Of a DNA stretch of 9,907 nucleotides, positions 7,464 to 9,907 are shown piece by piece. The number at the start of each line of letters is the position of its first letter. Positions within the stretch are counted from its first letter, which is position 1. This DNA comes from Paraspadella gotoi (taxonomy: Eukaryota > Animalia > Chaetognatha): assembly GCA_051294375.1 (NCBI GenBank), contig JBJCIZ010000561.1, positions 1-9,907 on the forward strand, written 5' to 3'. Position numbers and translations under genes: made by a program. Under the pieces are notes generated by a model, which was not told where the DNA came from, ran no database searches, and saw only the letters and a program-made list of their open reading frames with translations.

Positions 7464-7674
7464 GAGAGAATGAGATAGATGAGAAGAAAGATATGTAAGA
7501 AGGAGGAGAAACAGTGAGAAAGAGAGGAAGAGAAGAGAGAGAAGAGGGAGAGAGAGAGGGAGAAGAAGAGAGGAGAGAAGGTAAGGAAGAGTAAGGAGAG
7601 AAGGAGGATGAGAGAGAAGAAAGGAGAGAGGGAGAGAGAGGTAGAGAAGAGAGAGAGAGAGATGGAGAGGAGGT

Positions 7675-7718
<44 letters not shown>

Positions 7719-7890
7719 AGGTAAAGTGTAGAGAGAGAGAAGAGAGGAGACGGGAGAGAGAGATAACGGGAGAGAGAGAGAGAGAGAGAAAGAGAGGATA
7801 GAGAGATAAAGAGAGTAAAGAGAGAGGAGATGGGAGAGAGAGATAGGGAAGTGAGAGAGGGAGAGCAGAGAGAGAGAGAGGGAGGGAGAG
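7464..7890 (+). repeat. Degenerate (GA)n / purine-rich tract
   Basis: GA runs with GGA/GAA variants. Confidence 0.93.
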
Positions 7891-7994
7891 ATTTTTACCA
7901 GTGACCAAAACCAAAGAAAACAGCGATAAAAATCAGAGTTGATTGTTTGGAAAGAAGAAGACGCTGACTGAATGAGGAAATGGAATGGAATCCG

Positions 7995-8130
7995 TGATGA
8001 GATGATGATGATGATGATGGGATTGATGATGATGATGATGATGATGATGATCGATAGTAAATGGAAATGATGATGATGGATGATGATGATATGAGTGATG
8101 ATGATGATCGTTATATGGAAATGATGATGA
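7995..8130 (+). repeat. Interrupted (GAT)n trinucleotide microsatellite
   Basis: gatgatgat runs; source of the poly-His ORF 7933..8166. Confidence 0.95.
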
Positions 8131-8458
8131 ATTATTCATAAAATCAATAAGAAAGTAACCTGGCATAATTTAGCACTAACAAACCAATAAGAATACAGAA
8201 TAAAAAGAGTGACGATATATATAAAAATAGAATAAGAAGTAATTTGAAAGCGAAGTAATGGTAAGTTCTACTGTTTGATCAAATAGCTTGGCACGTTCAC
8301 TGCTTGTTACCAAACCTATAACTATTGTCTTAAAGTTTATATTTTTTAGTGTTGTAAAAACATCGAAAAAAAAACCAAAAAAAATAGACCAAAGAAAAAC
8401 AAACATAAAAAGAAAAGAGAAAAACAAGTTTGAGCAACAATGGTCGGATCTGCCTACG

Positions 8459-8560
8459 ATAATTAATTAATTAATTGATTACATTAATAATTAATTATAG
8501 ATCTAATTAATTCAATTAATAGAGAATAATTAATTTATAATAAATTTAATTATAATTTTA
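8459..8560. repeat. (TAAT)n-like self-complementary AT tract
   Basis: ataattaattaattaatt... with nested dyads such as ATTAATTGA (8470-8478) / TCAATTAAT (8512-8520). Confidence 0.85.
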
Positions 8561-8892
8561 TATTCAGCTTGTCATCATCGAATGTCCTTAAAATGAGCAG
8601 GACAGTTAGTTAAATGTTTTGTTACATTTTAATCAAAACACAACAAATATCCCTCTATTATGGGCCAGGGCGGACAAAGCCCGTCCTGTCTAGATTTTTT
8701 TTTTCCGGTTTAGCTTTTCGGTCTCGCTTTTTTGCAATCATGGCTTTGAAAGTGTTGACTATCCTAGGGAGTTGAAATTTTCATATAGGCTTCTAATCAT
8801 GCAGATCTTCTAAAATTCTCCATGTATTCTATCAATATCGTATTTGTCTTTATTTTGTTTTATTTTACAAAACAAAACGTCTTTAATTATAT

Positions 8893-9032
8893 TCCTCTCC
8901 TCTCTCTCTCTCTTTTTCTCCGTCACTGCTTCTTCTAAAAACGAGTTCGGCTGCTGCAGCGTCTGTCCAGCTCTTCTTTCTCTCTCTTCCTCTCTATCTC
9001 TCTCTCTCCTCTTTTTCTCGTCTTTTTTTTTT
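8893..9032 (+). repeat. Degenerate (CT)n / pyrimidine tracts
   Basis: ctctct runs ending in a T run. Confidence 0.85.
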
Positions 9033-9074
9033 TACACAAAAATTTTTTAGATTATAATGTGGGTTCACTAATGT

Positions 9075-9143
9075 AAAAACGCATGCCGCGAATAGGGCGC
9101 GAACCCGGTACGAGAATCCAGCTCACCGCTACGCTGCGGCGCC
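9075..9143 (-). pseudogene. Shortened tRNA-like sequence / tRNA-derived SINE head with Pol III A and B boxes
   Basis: The minus strand reads GGCGCCG-CAGCGTAGCGG (A-box-like, 9136-9126), then 20 nt, then GGTTCGCGCCC (B-box-like, 9105-9095), then TATTCGCGGCA-TGCG-TTTTT (T5 at 9079-9075). GCCGC/GCGGC can pair. A-B spacing is about 12 nt shorter than in a canonical tRNA and no anticodon arm can be assigned. Confidence 0.4.
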
Positions 9144-9185
9144 ATAGTACTGCTGGATTCTTTTAACGAGTAAAGGCTGTAGAGC

Positions 9186-9635
9186 TTCTCTCTCTTCTCT
9201 CCTCTTTTAATTAATTATATATCGCTCTTTCCTTCTCATTTTTCTCTGCAGCGCCGGCTGTCTCTTTCTCTCTCTCCTTTTCTCTCTCTCTCCTCTGTCT
9301 TCGTCCTGTTCTCTCTGTGTGTGTCCTGTCCCTATCTTGTCCCCGATCCTTTGCGTGAATCGGTCTGTTTTTTGGAAAAATTCTGATTATTTTTTTTTCC
9401 TCTAAAAATTCTTTTTTATTATTGGCCATTTATTCCGCGCTTTTTTTTCAATACAAAATCCCATATTTTTCCATCCGAGATTTTTCGTGGGATATTATTC
9501 TCTTCTTTTCTCTCTCTCTCTCTCATCTCTGTTCTCTCTCCTCTCTCTTTCTTTCTTCTCCTACATAGTGTTCTTTCATTCTCTCGTCTCGTCCTCTTCT
9601 CTTTGTCTCTCGGTCTCTCTCTCGTCTCTTTCACT
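9186..9635 (+). repeat. Degenerate (CT)n tracts (about 9186-9315 and 9498-9635)
   Basis: ctctct runs. Confidence 0.9.
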
Positions 9636-9660
9636 CATACACGGCCATTTGTTTGTTTTA

Positions 9661-9802
9661 TTGACTATCATCGCATACAATGAATTGACAATCATCGAAT
9701 CAATGAATGACATCATCGCCATCAACTGAATGAACTTTTATGCATCACGCAGTGAATGAACTATCATTCGCATCTAATAATTGATTATCATCGAATCAAT
9801 AA
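9661..9802 (+). repeat. Minisatellite, about 6 copies of a ~23-bp consensus TTGACTATCATCGCATCAATGAA
   Basis: Units start at 9661, 9685, 9708, 9731, 9757 and 9781 and are 22-26 bp long. Confidence 0.88.
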
Positions 9803-9907
9803 TCATTCCCTATTACTTATCAATAATTACTTATTACAGGGTTTGCGCGATGTGTCAATCAAATATTGATAAGTAATTGATTACCTCATCACATTTTTAC
9901 TAGTACA

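Noticed and set aside
7933-8166. Poly-His ORF
   Set aside because: It is the antisense translation of the (GAT)n microsatellite.
9897-9904. CTAGT as a Helitron 3' end
   Set aside because: There is no short GC-rich hairpin 10-15 nt upstream, and the site is at the window edge.

Overview
This is AT-rich eukaryotic (probably animal) non-coding DNA dominated by simple repeats: long degenerate (GA)n/(CT)n tracts, A/G-rich runs, (GGA)13, (GAT)n and (TAAT)n. I can support no intact protein-coding gene; the supplied ORFs are mostly translations of low-complexity or tandem sequence. The short higher-complexity islands between the repeats hold recognisable relics, all read by eye without database searches. 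These are a minimal type I hammerhead-ribozyme motif followed by AATAAA, as in Penelope-like pseudo-LTRs (378-420, minus strand), and a frameshifted ISXO2/Merlin-type DDE transposase C-terminus (1333-1539). There is also a ~15-copy 28-bp minisatellite built around a CCAAT box (2421-2874), a ~180-bp fold-back palindrome (3215-3395) and degenerate CR1/L2-like LINE ORF2 motifs (6783-7144). Near the end are a shortened tRNA-like Pol III cassette (9075-9161, minus strand) and a 23-bp minisatellite (9661-9802). Pervasive single-base indels suggest old decay or an unpolished long-read consensus, which limits all fine-scale claims. I do not see a coherent novel multi-gene system.
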